Positions 36,401 through 46,075 of a stretch of 64,000 bases of DNA are shown piece by piece. Both the position numbers and the translations under genes were made by a program. Source of the stretch: Macrostomum hystrix (Eukaryota > Animalia > Platyhelminthes); contig CATNEN010000002.1 of the NCBI GenBank assembly GCA_950097015.1, positions 434,001-498,000 on the forward strand. The letters run 5' to 3'. The notes under the pieces are model-generated. The model was given only the letters and a program-made list of their open reading frames with translations, made no database searches and was not told the origin of the DNA. The number at the start of each line of letters is the position of its first letter. Within the stretch, counting starts at the first letter, position 1.

Positions 36401-39400
36401 GTCGTCGAATCATCGTTGTGCTTTAGCACTTCTACTAGCTGATTGTTGTCATTTCCTTATGCTACTGGAATTTCCTAAGTTTCATATTGAGCTTTATCTA
36501 TGTAGTTATTTCTGCCTGGTGGTGAATGTGCGCAACTATTTGCCTCTCTATCCCGATTGCGTCACCGATTTTCAGTTTTTTACCTGTGTGCGTGTTATTT
36601 TTCTCCTTGAGTATAAATCGCGGATTTGCAAAGAACTCTGATTTGATGTTTCGACCCTCGCACATTTGTCATCGATAGTGGGTGCTTCTGGCATGTGTTG
36701 AAGTTCTCGACTTCCACAGACAAAAGGAGATGTCAAATTAAGGCTCTAGAATGCAGATCGAATTCCATCATCGAACCAAACTGACAAACGGGGAAGTTTG
36801 CCGGGGTACCCAGGGAAGAACTGGGGTGAGATATCTCGGCGTTTCTAGTCGACCTGATCGACCAGTTACTGATTTCAGTCGGTTTGGTTCAAGGATTAAC
36901 CTCGGGCTCCATTCTAGAGCCTAAATTTAAAATCTTCTATGACAAGGCCATTTTATTATAACGTGTAGCTCCTGTTTTAAACAAAAAATATCATGAATTT
37001 AAACCATATCCGAACCCTATTCAACAGCAATGATTCGTTGTGAAATTCCGTCTTCTAATTGTCATATTTAATGCTCGCGGCAGAGAATAATGGCGCAGCT
37101 TGTAAACAATGACAAATTGTGCTCACTGTCAAACCAATTCTAGTTCGCGACCGCGTCGACCAGCTGATGCGCGAGTGGCAAGATCTCAAGGACTCGGTCG
37201 ATCAGCGCGGACAATGGCTCGGCGAAACACTACCTATCTCAGAAGCCTTCTGGGACGAGACGGCGCGCCTGACGGAGCAGCTGCACGACATCGAAGCTGT
37301 GCTTCGCGCCAACCAAGACCTCGCCGCCAGCCCTGATTGCCTGCGCGAACAGAAGGCGACGAATGCCGAGCTGCAGCAGGGGCTGAACGATGCTAGGGAT
37401 GAGCTGGTCGGTGTCAGAGACACTGCCGGCAAGTTGGAGTCTCGCGTCGGTGCCTCTGAGGTGCCTGACGTGCGCAATGCTGTTGACGACCTGCAGAAGA
37501 CCACAGACGGCCTGACTCAGGACCTTCAGGAGCGCCAGAGCCAGCTAGACAGCCAGTACGCTGCCGCTTGCGAGTTCCAGGACGCGCTACAGACCTGCCT
37601 GGACCTGATGCAGGAGAAGGAGGCTGAGCTTGCGGATCTGGCCAATGTACCAGAGACCGCAGCTGGTGTGAAGGATCAGGCTCAGAAGCTTGCTGAGTTC
37701 CGTGAGTGCCTGAGCCCTCTGAGAGAAGCTGTCGAGAAGGCCAACCAACTCGGACAGGACGTCGCTTTGCGAGCCTCGCCAGACGATCGGAAAGTTGTTG
37801 AAGCAGCGCTGGACGCGGCCAATACTCGTTGGGACGCCTTCATGGACTGCCTGAATGATTCGGAGCACAGGTTGGCCAGCTGCCTGCTGAACCTCGGCGA
37901 GTTCCAGCACGCACTGGACCACTTGCTGGACTGGATCGCCAAGACGCACGTCACCCTGGATGGAATCAAGGTGCCAATCGGAGAGCCTCGACTAATTGAG
38001 CTTGAACTGGCCAAACATAAGGTGAGTTTTGGATCAGTTTAAGTTAACGAATTTTCAAAGCACTCTCGAAATACTATTATAAATTGATCCGAGTGTATTA
38101 TCCTGTCTTCGTTAATTGATTAGCTGGTCGTCAAAGATGTGGCTAGATACGATCCGATGAAGGAGATAATTCTGGCTCAGGTAGTGAACCTGCAATTCTA
38201 GCTTTGGTTTCAGAGAACTTTACTCTTAAAAGGAGACTTTACTTTTGGTTATCAATATTCGGTGCCGTCTATACCTCTGAGATGTGCGTGGAAAACGCTA
38301 CGTTTCGATGCTGAACTTATTATTTGTCTGCTTTGCTTCACAGTGCTGGTGCTAGACAAATAACATTTTTAAAGCTTGTTTAATGAAAATGTCTCACTCA
38401 ATAATTAACTGACTAATCTACAATTATAAAAACAACCAGACCGTTCACCTCGACATGGCTGCGCATGGCGATTCAGTCGCCAAGGTCGAAGACAGCGGCC
38501 AGCAGCTGCTGCGCTCCAAGGAAGCCAATGCATCAGCGGGCGACACGCGAGCTAAACTGCACGACCTGAAGGAGCGCTGGGACAAGCTGCTTTCGGCTGC
38601 GCGCGACAAACAGCTTAGCCTCGAGAAGGCTCTGCGTGAATCGCGCGCATACCACGCTGACGTGCAAGAGCTGGCTCAAGACCTAGCAAATCTGGATGCG
38701 CAGCTCGCTAAATCGGAGCCCATTGGTGGCCTACCAGACTCAGCCAAGCAGCAGGTGGCCAAGTTCGAGGAGCTTCTGGCCGGATTCCCGGCTCTTCGAC
38801 GACGTCTAGATGATGTACACGAGGCTGGTGAGGCTCTGGCGGAGCAGGCCGACGTTTCCGGTGGCCTCCGACTTCGTAGCGACCTATCGGCTCTTGACAA
38901 GCGCTGGGCTGCCATTGAACGTCGTGCAGAGGAGAGACGAAAACAACTTGAGGAAGCTGCTAACACGGTGACGAACTTCCATGCTGATCTGACTCGCATG
39001 ATCAACTGGCTGACAGGAATGGAGCGTGAACTGGCTGGTCTACAGCCGGTTTCCCGAGTCGTACCAACCGTTGATGCGCAGATCGACGCTCACACTCGTC
39101 TTAAAGCAGCTCTAAAACGTCAGCGGGAGCCTCACAATCGCCTAGAGAGCGCTGGAACGCATCTGAAGTATTTCAGCCGGAAGCAGGACGTAGTCCTAAT
39201 CAAAAACCTACTGTCAAGTGTCCAGCATCGCTGGGATCGGTTGGTGTCTCGCGCCGCTGAGCGCACGCGTCAGCTAGACGTTGGTCATCGCGAGGCCAGC
39301 AAATTCCTGACCATGTGGCGCGACCTCACTGCGTGGATGCGCGCCCAGTCGGCAGCGCTGGACTCGGACCAAGCCGTGTCCAGCGAGCCTCAGGCTCTCA

Positions 39401-42400
39401 ACGAGCAATTGGCTCGCCACACTGAGTTCCAAGCCGCAGTTGCTGCGAAGCATCCTCAGCTGGACGCGGCAAGACGCTACGGTCAGCAATTAAAAGAGCG
39501 AGCGCCAGACTTTGACCAGGCCGAACTGACTACCATGCTGAATGACCTCAAACAGCAGTGGAAGGAACTTTGCGATCGGGCGTTGAAGCGGGAACGAAAA
39601 CTGGGTGACGCTCTTACATGTTCAGGTAAGAATTCACTTCAAAAATATATTATCGAATTTTTTTGCTCTTTTCTCTATGCAAATATTTACTCGATTAATT
39701 TTTTATGATGAAAGTATTGTACATTTTTTCATTTCTTCTTGAAAATAAAATATTCAGGTCGCTACTTGGAAGCTATGCAAACACTAATCGACTGGTTGAA
39801 TCGGGCCGAGCCAGCGCTCTCACCGGAGGCACTCGTTGGCGGCGACCTGGAGACGGTTACCGGCCTGTCAGAGCTCCATCGCCAGTTCGAGCAAGAACTC
39901 GACCGAAAGCGTGACACCCTCGAGTTGATCCAGAACTCTGCTGCTCAGCTGCTTCGAAACAGTGTCGCTGACGCAAACGCCACCCGTGTTCAGGACCAGC
40001 TGGTTGACCTGGAGACGCAATGGGACCGTGTCACTCGCTTGTCTGCCGGTCGGCGTCAACAACTGGACGAGGCGGCGGCAAACGCCGAGGCTTTCGCGTC
40101 GAAGGCTCGAGGTCTTCTAGCGCTGTTCACCAAGGCTGAGCAGCAAATCGAGGCCTTGGGCAATCCGCCAGATCCTGAGACAGAGGCTGCCTATCAGGAA
40201 CGTATCAACGAGCACGCCAAGTTCCACGAAGATTTCAGCAGTAAGCGACCTCAGCTGGACGAAGCGCTTGCTCTTGGAACAGCGATTCATGACTCTGCGC
40301 ATCCCGATGGTCGACCCAGGGTGCGCCAGTGGCTGCTGGTGCTGCAGAGCCGCTGGGATCAAGTATTTGAATGGTCGCTGCAACGTGGCGAGAAGCTTCA
40401 AGAGGCGAAGCAAGCAGCAGCCAACAGGTAAGTTAAAAAGCATATTTTTTGACATAGAGTCTATGACATTGTTATTAATCAACCATATCCATTCCATCAA
40501 CAGACGTCATCTCCTTCGCGAGCTACTCGACTGGCTGGCCGGCGCAGACGCAGCTCTGAAGGCCAGCGAGGCGAAGCCGCTGCCATCCGCCATAGAGGAA
40601 GTCGAATCCCTTCTGGACCAACAGAAGCTGTTTGAGGCGGGCATTGAGGCCAGGCAGCCGGATCTAGACAGCGTCATGACGCACGCCAAACGCACCGCCC
40701 CGGAGTCAGCACCGGCGCCGAAGCGACCCCGACGTTCCGGCGGCGGCAGCACGAGCGGAGGCGACTTACACCATCACCACAATCTGCATCACCAGCTGCA
40801 GGACCAGCAGCGGCAGCAGCAGCAGCCAGCTTCTCCGGGCTTCAAGGATCCGGCTTTGAACAAGCTGCAGGCGGGTTGGAAGCAGCTGTGGCTGGATGTT
40901 ATTCAACGACGACAGAGGCTAGAGGCGGCCCTGCTGCAGGCCAGAGAGGTGAGTTGTTGTGCACATTTTACAAGTTAAAAATTAACAAGCAAAACAAAAC
41001 AGAGTCTTTCTACGTTCCATTTTCATGTTAAATTCTTAGCAATTTGTTGTGTTTTCGCTGTTACAAAAATTCACCAAACTCGAACTCATCCCAGAGGACG
41101 GCAAAAGAAGCGAATCGAAAGGCCCAATTGGCGCAAGTCAGTATTCCATTCAGCTCAATTAGCGCGTAGTGACGAATTGCCACTTGTTGATGCTCTTGAC
41201 GAAGGCTATTCATTACTCAATCATATTGATTTATGTTTTTGGAATTTAGCTAGCTGAAGTGATATCAGTCCGTGCATAAATGCAACGCAATAAATCAAGC
41301 TGCTTGAATTTCGCGCATTTTAGTTTCCACTAAAATCCAGCGACTCTGTGACATCAGACCACCAATATACGTTATATCCGTATGATGAGATTTTGGTAAA
41401 AAAAGAATCTCGAAAGTTATCATTAAAGTCGATTTTATCGCGCGCAAATGTATGTTTTATTTGAAGTCAGAGGTTGAAGCCCTGGCCTTTGACACAAGCG
41501 GCTATCGTCGCCAATGCCGCTCGTGTGAAAGATCATTGCCTCAAAATCTGATTTCGTATTATCATACTTGCTTAGAATTTCAATTAAAACTATAAAATGG
41601 TCATTGCCAAGAAGATGAATTTTAGGCAATGTCCTTGTAAGCTGATTGTGCTCTCGATATTTTGTCTCTAGATTTCCAAGTAAAAATATCATACTCTCAT
41701 CGCTGGCTCCAATTTATCGCCAGATGAAACGCCTGGAAGCTTTCGACTTCGACGAGTGGCGCCTGCGCTACAAAGACTGGATGGACGCCAACAAGTTCCG
41801 CGTGATGGACTTCTTCAAGAAGAAGGACACGGATCACGACGGCAAAGTCTCGCGGCAGGAGTTCATTGACGGTGTCCTGGAGTCGAGTAAGTCGCTGCTC
41901 AGATTTCATTGGGTTCGGTTTCATGCACTTTACGAAAATCAAAGTGCAATTAAATATTTAACAAAATTAACCTTCTTCACAAGGAAGATTTGACGAGCAT
42001 AAAATTATCGAATCGTATGTATTTTTATTTTCTTCCAGCTCCAATGTCCAGATATCCGCCGAGATATTGTAAGCCATAGATTTGTTTGCGAATTTGTCCA
42101 ATTTAGTCAATGAATGATAGCCTAGCCATTTGTTGACTCTTTGTTGTCTAGTGAGGTACATGCCATATAGACCTTGCACGAAGTGATATTTTTTCTCCAT
42201 TCACCTTTATTTACTATTTACTCGTTTGTGCGCCTCTCTCTAAAGTGGTTTTTGGTTTCAAAACTCAATAAATTTGGTCTCTATTACCCACTGAATAGTT
42301 TCAATACTCTTGTATTATGTAGAGTGATAGCAGAATTCTTCAAAGGACATTATCATGCCGTCTCTGCATATAGCATGTCTAGAAATTTAGAAAAATATTT

Positions 42401-45400
42401 CCTATTGCTTTTTCTCGACTGCAAGTATGCACCTCAGGTACAGAAAAATATCAGACTGGGTAAAAGAAATGAAATTGAGTGAGTTGGTCCACGTTCAGTC
42501 CACGGACTGTGAAAGCCGCCACATCTACTGGATTCCAGGTACCTGAATCAGTACTGCTGGTACACAGAAGGACTAAGGGGATAAAATTAAATGCTCAAGC
42601 TAGGACAAAGCTTTCTGAGGCTGATACTTTACATCATTTTGGCATTTAATACTGCCAAATACATATCGATATGACTTTTTTCCAGGTGCACATGGCTGCT
42701 TGCCTTATTTACTAGTTTTATTTATCGGTGAATTTTTAGTTTTTTGTGTTGTAAATATGCACTTTTTGTATCATTATGCATGCTGTGTCTGCTGCAATAA
42801 CTCGGTATTTCAAATGCTGATGCTTCATCTGCAGTAATTTTAAAATGTAGAAAAGGAATAGAAAATACCCTACCCGAGCCGGGTGCACAGTTAGTAGCAC
42901 AGCCACTCGCAAGTACCCATTTTTAAGCTGGGTGAAATAAATAAACGTGGAATTAAGCATCTTGCTCAGGGATGCAGTTTCCCCTAGGGCTGAGATGCGA
43001 ACTCCTGACAATTGTGTTTATAAGAAATCAACTTGGAACATTGTCTGCAGACTTTCCAACGTCCCGTCTTGAGATGGAGAAAGTGGCCGATCAGTTCGAC
43101 TTGAACGGCGACGGCTTCATTGACTACAAGGAGTTCGAGGCGGCGCTGCGCCCCGGCTGGAGGCAGCGGCACCCGGCAACCGAGGGCGAGAAAATTCACG
43201 AGCAGATGCGCCAGCTGGCCAACACTTGCACCTGCTGCCGACCCTTCCAGATCAAGAAGATCGGCGAAGGCAAGTACGTGTTCGGCGACAACCAGAAGCT
43301 GCGTCTTGTTCGCATCCTGCGCAGCACCGTCATGGTGCGGGTCGGCGGCGGGTGGCAGGCGCTGGACGAGTTCCTCGTCAAGAACGACCCATGCCGAGGT
43401 GAGTAACGAAATTAGATTTCAATATAGGCGACCGAAACAATGGAACAACATTGTAGCGTTTTTTGGCATCTGTTCTAACAAAGAGTTGATAATAATTAAT
43501 AATAATAATAATCATCATCAGTGGCCCTGACTGAGGGGGGGCGAGCGGCAGAGTGGTTTACGCGTTTGTCTCTCGCACCAAGGTCCCTAACTTCGATTCC
43601 GTGGCAAGGCCACATTTACTTGGAGCACTGCTACGGAGAGAAGGCTTGGGGTTAGTCGTAAAATTTACTCCCTAGAGGGTCAAACTCCAAGGCACAGTGA
43701 GAGCGTACACTGCCTGACGATGAAGCCCGAAGTCAGGGCAGATGTACACACCTGTGTGAGCGTGTGAGGGTCTATTGTGTCACCAAATGATGTGCCACTG
43801 CCCGCTTGCAATTATTGTTATTATCAACAAAGAGTTACTTAATTTGCATTTCTTCTGTTTCCAAAATACTCATATAAAAATGTTTTCGAAAGGCGACTTC
43901 GCCACAGAGAACATCTACGACTTAGAACTGTACTGCAAGCAGCAGGGCATACTGCCACCTGACAGTTTACACACCTCCTGCTGCTCACTTTTTGACGAAG
44001 ATGATTGTAAGTAGAGTTTAACAATAGCCTTGGTTAAAGGTGATATTTTCTGCAAAAGATTTCTTCTGGTACGAGCTAGCAAGTTGTGTAACTTTGGTTT
44101 CGGTGATAAGCCAGTTTACGATCGATATTCGATTGATGGTGTTGAGACTTTATTGCGCAGCTTCTGGTTTAGTGATCGGCAGTTAAATTTCCTTCGTCTT
44201 TTTTTCCAGTTGTTCGAGGGCTTTCAAAAGTTTGGCAAAGGACAACAGGTTGATCTAAGAGTGCATATGTAAATGCATGCGCATACTTTCATATAAGACA
44301 GGAAAAGTTGAGCTTTTAATTCTACTGCATACTCCAGTGCAAATTAAACTAATAAATAATATGATTTGAATTGTTTTCTCTTGCACGGTTAACACTGTAA
44401 AAGAATGGGTATTTAAAAAGAGTTGTACACAGTAATTGCTCAGTTGCGTTTTACTACGCAATGTACTGATTCCCAATCCATGGACTTAAGGGTGCCGCCA
44501 CACGCACAGAAGTGCAAGCAGAACCTCAAAAAAGTAGTGATGTATTAATAAATGGTCTATGCCTGCCATAAACTTAGTTCTGCAGCCAACAGTATATCCG
44601 CAGCTGTTGCACGACGCTTTTGAAGGCCTCCAGGAAGGGAATTTACGTGGGGGACGACACATCCACCCTCAATTACCCCAGCTAATACCGATTCTTTTAT
44701 TAATCAAAAGTGAATTCTAACAAATGCACACTTCACTAAAAAACAACACACTCAGACTTTGAGTTCGTCTTCGTGGTTGTGGATGACTGCGATGGTGAGG
44801 GCCAAAGGCACCGTGTTTTTACGTGCTAAATGTTGTCTCCTGCACTTTTATAATTTACCTTCCGCTTTCCCAATCTTGTTTAGTTGCCACAACTTACAAT
44901 GTGATATACTTGTGTTGTGTCTATCAGCGCTACAGTTTATTCATGTGCTTACTATTTCTGTGATGCATAATTTTCCTTTTGCTGGCGTGCCATTGTGCAT
45001 TTTATGTTGTCGAGGTGAACTAGAAACCTGACTTTGTTTCAACTTAGTGTCCCGACAAGGATGAGTGGCAGAGCGGCTAGGGGCGCAGGAAACTTAGGGA
45101 CTTGTTATGCATATGTACATCCCTGTGTGAGAGTGTGCCTGGATACAGTATCTGAGTCCGTGTGTGCTCAGGAGTCAGCGGTATTGGTATAATTACCTTT
45201 CGCTGGCTTCGGGTCTACTGTCACCAAATTATGTCCTAGAACCCCAAGTACTCATACAAATATTTACTTTTATTTACTACGAGTAAGTATATCTTATAAG
45301 TAGCAGATATATAGCTAAAACACAAAATTCGTAAGATAAATGAGATATTAGTCGTTGGCCAGGCATATAATTTGTGAAACATTGGCTGGGCCAAACTGGA

Positions 45401-46075
45401 ATTGAAGTTTTTAGGAATCCGAAGAAAAAACAACAAACATTGAAACTAATATATATATACCAGCTTTAAGAAATAAGAAGTCTTGATAGAAAATTAATTT
45501 ATTTATCTTGCACGTCAGTAAACTTTCCTATTCACTTAACTTTCCTCGAAATCAAATGCTGAACACTTTACCTTAACTTATGTCAAATCCATCAGTAAAA
45601 CCCTTTAAGTTTTCAAATGCAGCATTATATTTGTTTAACTGATTCCAATGCTTTAATCGCAACATCGCCTCTCGCAGCCAAAGGCCGCACCAACATTGAA
45701 TTGCGAGAGAAGTTTATCCTAGCTGACGGTGTCGGCCAGTCCATGCAGGCCTTCTCCAGTCGTCCACCGCCTCAGACGCCGAGCTCAACGGCTGCCACAC
45801 CGTCGCCAACTTCGCCTAACGTTGGGCCAATCACCAAGGTGCGTGAGAAGTCCGTCAACGAGCGACCCTGGCGCCAGCAGCCGCAGCAGACAAAGCGTAG
45901 CAGGGGCGCCCAGGGTGGCGGCCTCAGGCCGCCGAGTAGGGCCGACTCCGAGGCAGCGACCTCCGATGCCAGCGGCGGCGCAGGACACTTGGAGGCTCCG
46001 ACTTCGGAGTACGCGTCCAGGTCGAGGCACAGCTCCTCAGGCAGTCGGAGATCGCAGCAGCCCATGTGGCACTGA
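3..46075 (+). CDS. shot: Giant spectraplakin (shot/MACF1/dystonin orthologue), 5'-truncated by the window; 27 coding exons, about 10,930 codons in window
   Basis: Plakin-type repeats (HPAEATV...[19 protein letters not shown]), SH3-like segment, plectin repeats, spectrin repeats, EF-hands ([13 protein letters not shown]; [13 protein letters not shown]), GAS2 domain ([31 protein letters not shown]) and the post-GAS2 motif [18 protein letters not shown]. All GT-AG junctions join in frame. Confidence 0.95.
1295..1552 (+). mobile_element. SINE family A copy (degenerate)
   Basis: Shares ccctgagctcgatt..cggcgaggcc, gagaaggcttgggg, cacagtgagag.gtaca.tgcctgac and cctcctcgctggc.gcagg with the copies at 43528 and 57262. 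Confidence 0.7.
1822..2477 (+). CDS. shot: Spectraplakin exon 2 (plakin domain plus SH3-like segment)
   Basis: Acceptor cacctccag|AAA; donor AA|gtgagt, phase 2; [30 protein letters not shown]...WTWF; [16 protein letters not shown] resembles plakin SH3 VPSVCF..PPPN.EA. Confidence 0.9.
2907..3195 (+). CDS. shot: Spectraplakin exon 3
   Basis: Acceptor caacag|A completes the phase-2 codon; donor CAG|gtgagc. Confidence 0.85.
3278..3688 (+). CDS. shot: Spectraplakin exon 4 (spectrin repeat)
   Basis: Acceptor ctttcag|GAG; donor CGG|gtgaga; helical repeat with W (RRASVWDV). Confidence 0.88.
3797..6841 (+). CDS. shot: Spectraplakin exon 5 (spectrin repeat, polyQ/low-complexity linker, plectin repeats)
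   Basis: Acceptor ctgtag|AAC; donor CAG|gtatgg; plectin-repeat motifs such as [27 protein letters not shown] and [19 protein letters not shown]. Confidence 0.88.
7357..8454 (+). CDS. shot: Spectraplakin exon 6 (plectin repeats)
   Basis: Acceptor ttgcag|GCC; donor CAG|gtatgg; [44 protein letters not shown]. Confidence 0.85.
9196..17616 (+). CDS. shot: Spectraplakin giant exon 7 (plectin repeats plus two coding tandem arrays), 8,421 nt; alternative acceptor possible at 9454
   Basis: Frame is open from acceptor cccag|GTT (9196) through ORF 9379 to donor CAG|gttagt (17616); [21 protein letters not shown]; phase 0 at both ends. Confidence 0.78.
10921..12975 (+). repeat. Coding minisatellite, 33-bp / 11-aa unit ([11 protein letters not shown]), about 62 copies
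   Basis: Unit tcaggatccggtcagcagcaagacgcaagcttg with variants; in frame within exon 7. Confidence 0.95.
13270..17430 (+). repeat. Coding minisatellite, 30-bp / 10-aa unit ([10 protein letters not shown]) grading into 33-36-bp units ([11 protein letters not shown]), roughly 130 copies
   Basis: Unit actgacacagctggaacagaacagacttca; strict 30-bp period 13270-15240, mixed unit lengths afterwards. Confidence 0.95.
18084..25652 (+). CDS. shot: Spectraplakin giant exon 8 (acidic disordered region, terminal plectin repeats), 7,569 nt
   Basis: Acceptor gcacag|ATG (alternative in-frame AG at 18074); donor GTG|gtatgc; [14 protein letters not shown]...[17 protein letters not shown] near 25060-25310. Confidence 0.8.
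26593..26739 (+). CDS. shot: Spectraplakin exon 9 (start of spectrin rod)
   Basis: Acceptor cctag|ATT; donor CAG|gtaatg; [11 protein letters not shown]. Confidence 0.88.
26843..27088 (+). CDS. shot: Spectraplakin exon 10
   Basis: Acceptor taacag|GAC; donor CAG|gtgagt. Confidence 0.88.
27128..27256 (+). repeat. 67-bp tandem duplication spanning a 3' splice site
   Basis: ttatgtatcga(t/c)aagtacaatacacctgtacttttattacacccgaacagacctggcaggat occurs twice at a 67-nt offset. Confidence 0.95.
27245..28495 (+). CDS. shot: Spectraplakin exon 11 (spectrin repeats)
   Basis: Second of two duplicated acceptors (gaacag|ACC) restores frame; donor CAG|gtactg; [17 protein letters not shown]. Confidence 0.85.
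28559..28928 (+). CDS. shot: Spectraplakin exon 12
   Basis: Acceptor ctttcag|AAC; donor C|gtaagt, phase 1; ALDWLVRAE. Confidence 0.88.
29218..29316 (+). CDS. shot: Spectraplakin exon 13 (99-nt Ser/Pro linker, phase 1-1)
   Basis: Acceptor aattcag|GC; donor G|gtaaag; [32 protein letters not shown]; GC-rich island in an AT-rich intron. Confidence 0.75.
29725..30116 (+). CDS. shot: Spectraplakin exon 14
   Basis: Acceptor ctccag|AA, phase 1; donor AAG|gtgcaa. Confidence 0.85.
30189..30959 (+). CDS. shot: Spectraplakin exon 15
   Basis: Acceptor ttccag|GAC; donor CAG|gtgaga; ALAKWLGQK. Confidence 0.87.
31061..31378 (+). CDS. shot: Spectraplakin exon 16
   Basis: Acceptor gcacag|ATC; donor CAG|gttagt; [10 protein letters not shown]. 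Confidence 0.85.
31492..32871 (+). CDS. shot: Spectraplakin exon 17
   Basis: Acceptor ttgcag|ACC; donor AAA|gtgagt; [12 protein letters not shown]. Confidence 0.87.
33216..33542 (+). CDS. shot: Spectraplakin exon 18
   Basis: Acceptor caccag|GCT; donor AGG|gtaaag; LSEWLCLAD. Confidence 0.87.
33945..34955 (+). CDS. shot: Spectraplakin exon 19
   Basis: Acceptor atacag|CAA; donor AAG|gtgaga; [18 protein letters not shown]. Confidence 0.87.
35699..36152 (+). CDS. shot: Spectraplakin exon 20
   Basis: Acceptor tatcag|CGC; donor G|gtgagg, phase 1, matching the next acceptor. Confidence 0.85.
36742..36921. mobile_element. 180-bp MITE (PIF/Harbinger-Tourist-like) in the intron between exons 20 and 21
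   Basis: Imperfect TIRs of about 44 bp (ggctctagaatg...gaaccaaactgac / gtcggtttggttc...cattctagagcc); TAA on both sides (36739-36741, 36922-36924). Confidence 0.75.
37144..38021 (+). CDS. shot: Spectraplakin exon 21
   Basis: Acceptor ttctag|TT; donor AAG|gtgagt; [21 protein letters not shown]...IELELAKHK, typical of the MACF1/Shot rod. Confidence 0.92.
38440..39625 (+). CDS. shot: Spectraplakin exon 22
   Basis: Acceptor aaccag|ACC; donor G|gtaaga; [37 protein letters not shown], a highly conserved MACF1/Shot segment. Confidence 0.95.
39758..40427 (+). CDS. shot: Spectraplakin exon 23
   Basis: Acceptor attcag|GT; donor AG|gtaagt; [14 protein letters not shown]; [15 protein letters not shown]. 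Confidence 0.93.
40504..40948 (+). CDS. shot: Spectraplakin exon 24 (last spectrin repeat with loop insertion)
   Basis: Acceptor caacag|A; donor GAG|gtgagt; LLRELLDWL...[17 protein letters not shown]. Confidence 0.92.
41724..41886 (+). CDS. shot: Spectraplakin exon 25 (EF-hand 1)
   Basis: Acceptor cgccag|ATG; [14 protein letters not shown]...[24 protein letters not shown]; donor A|gtaagt. Confidence 0.96.
43051..43398 (+). CDS. shot: Spectraplakin exon 26 (EF-hand 2 plus GAS2/GAR domain)
   Basis: Acceptor ctgcag|AC; [28 protein letters not shown]; CTCCRPF...[18 protein letters not shown]; donor G|gtgagt, phase 1. Confidence 0.97.
43528..43830 (+). mobile_element. tRNA-derived SINE family A, most complete copy
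   Basis: A-box-like ggcagagtggtt (43547), B-box-like acttcgattcc (43590), shared body, 3' gtgtcaccaaatgatgtgccactg and a (tta)n-like tail. Confidence 0.75.
43893..44006 (+). CDS. Candidate alternative cassette exon after GAS2 (114 nt, phase 1-1)
   Basis: Acceptor gttttcgaaag|GC (weak, AAG); strong donor T|gtaagt; 38 codons, stop-free, in frame with exons 26 and 27; GC-richer than its flanks. Confidence 0.55.
44640..44690 (-). mobile_element. SINE family B fragment
   Basis: gggggacgacacatccaccctcaattaccccagctaat matches 61970-62010. Confidence 0.55.
45055..45235 (+). mobile_element. SINE family A copy (internally deleted)
   Basis: gagtggcagagcggct head; tgtgtgctcaggagtcagcg; ctgtcaccaaattatgt match the 57262 copy. 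Confidence 0.65.
45678..46075 (+). CDS. shot: Spectraplakin last coding exon (Ser/Arg-rich tail, stop TGA 46073-46075)
   Basis: Acceptor tcgcag|CC; [26 protein letters not shown]; [10 protein letters not shown]; PSRADSEA. Confidence 0.93.
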
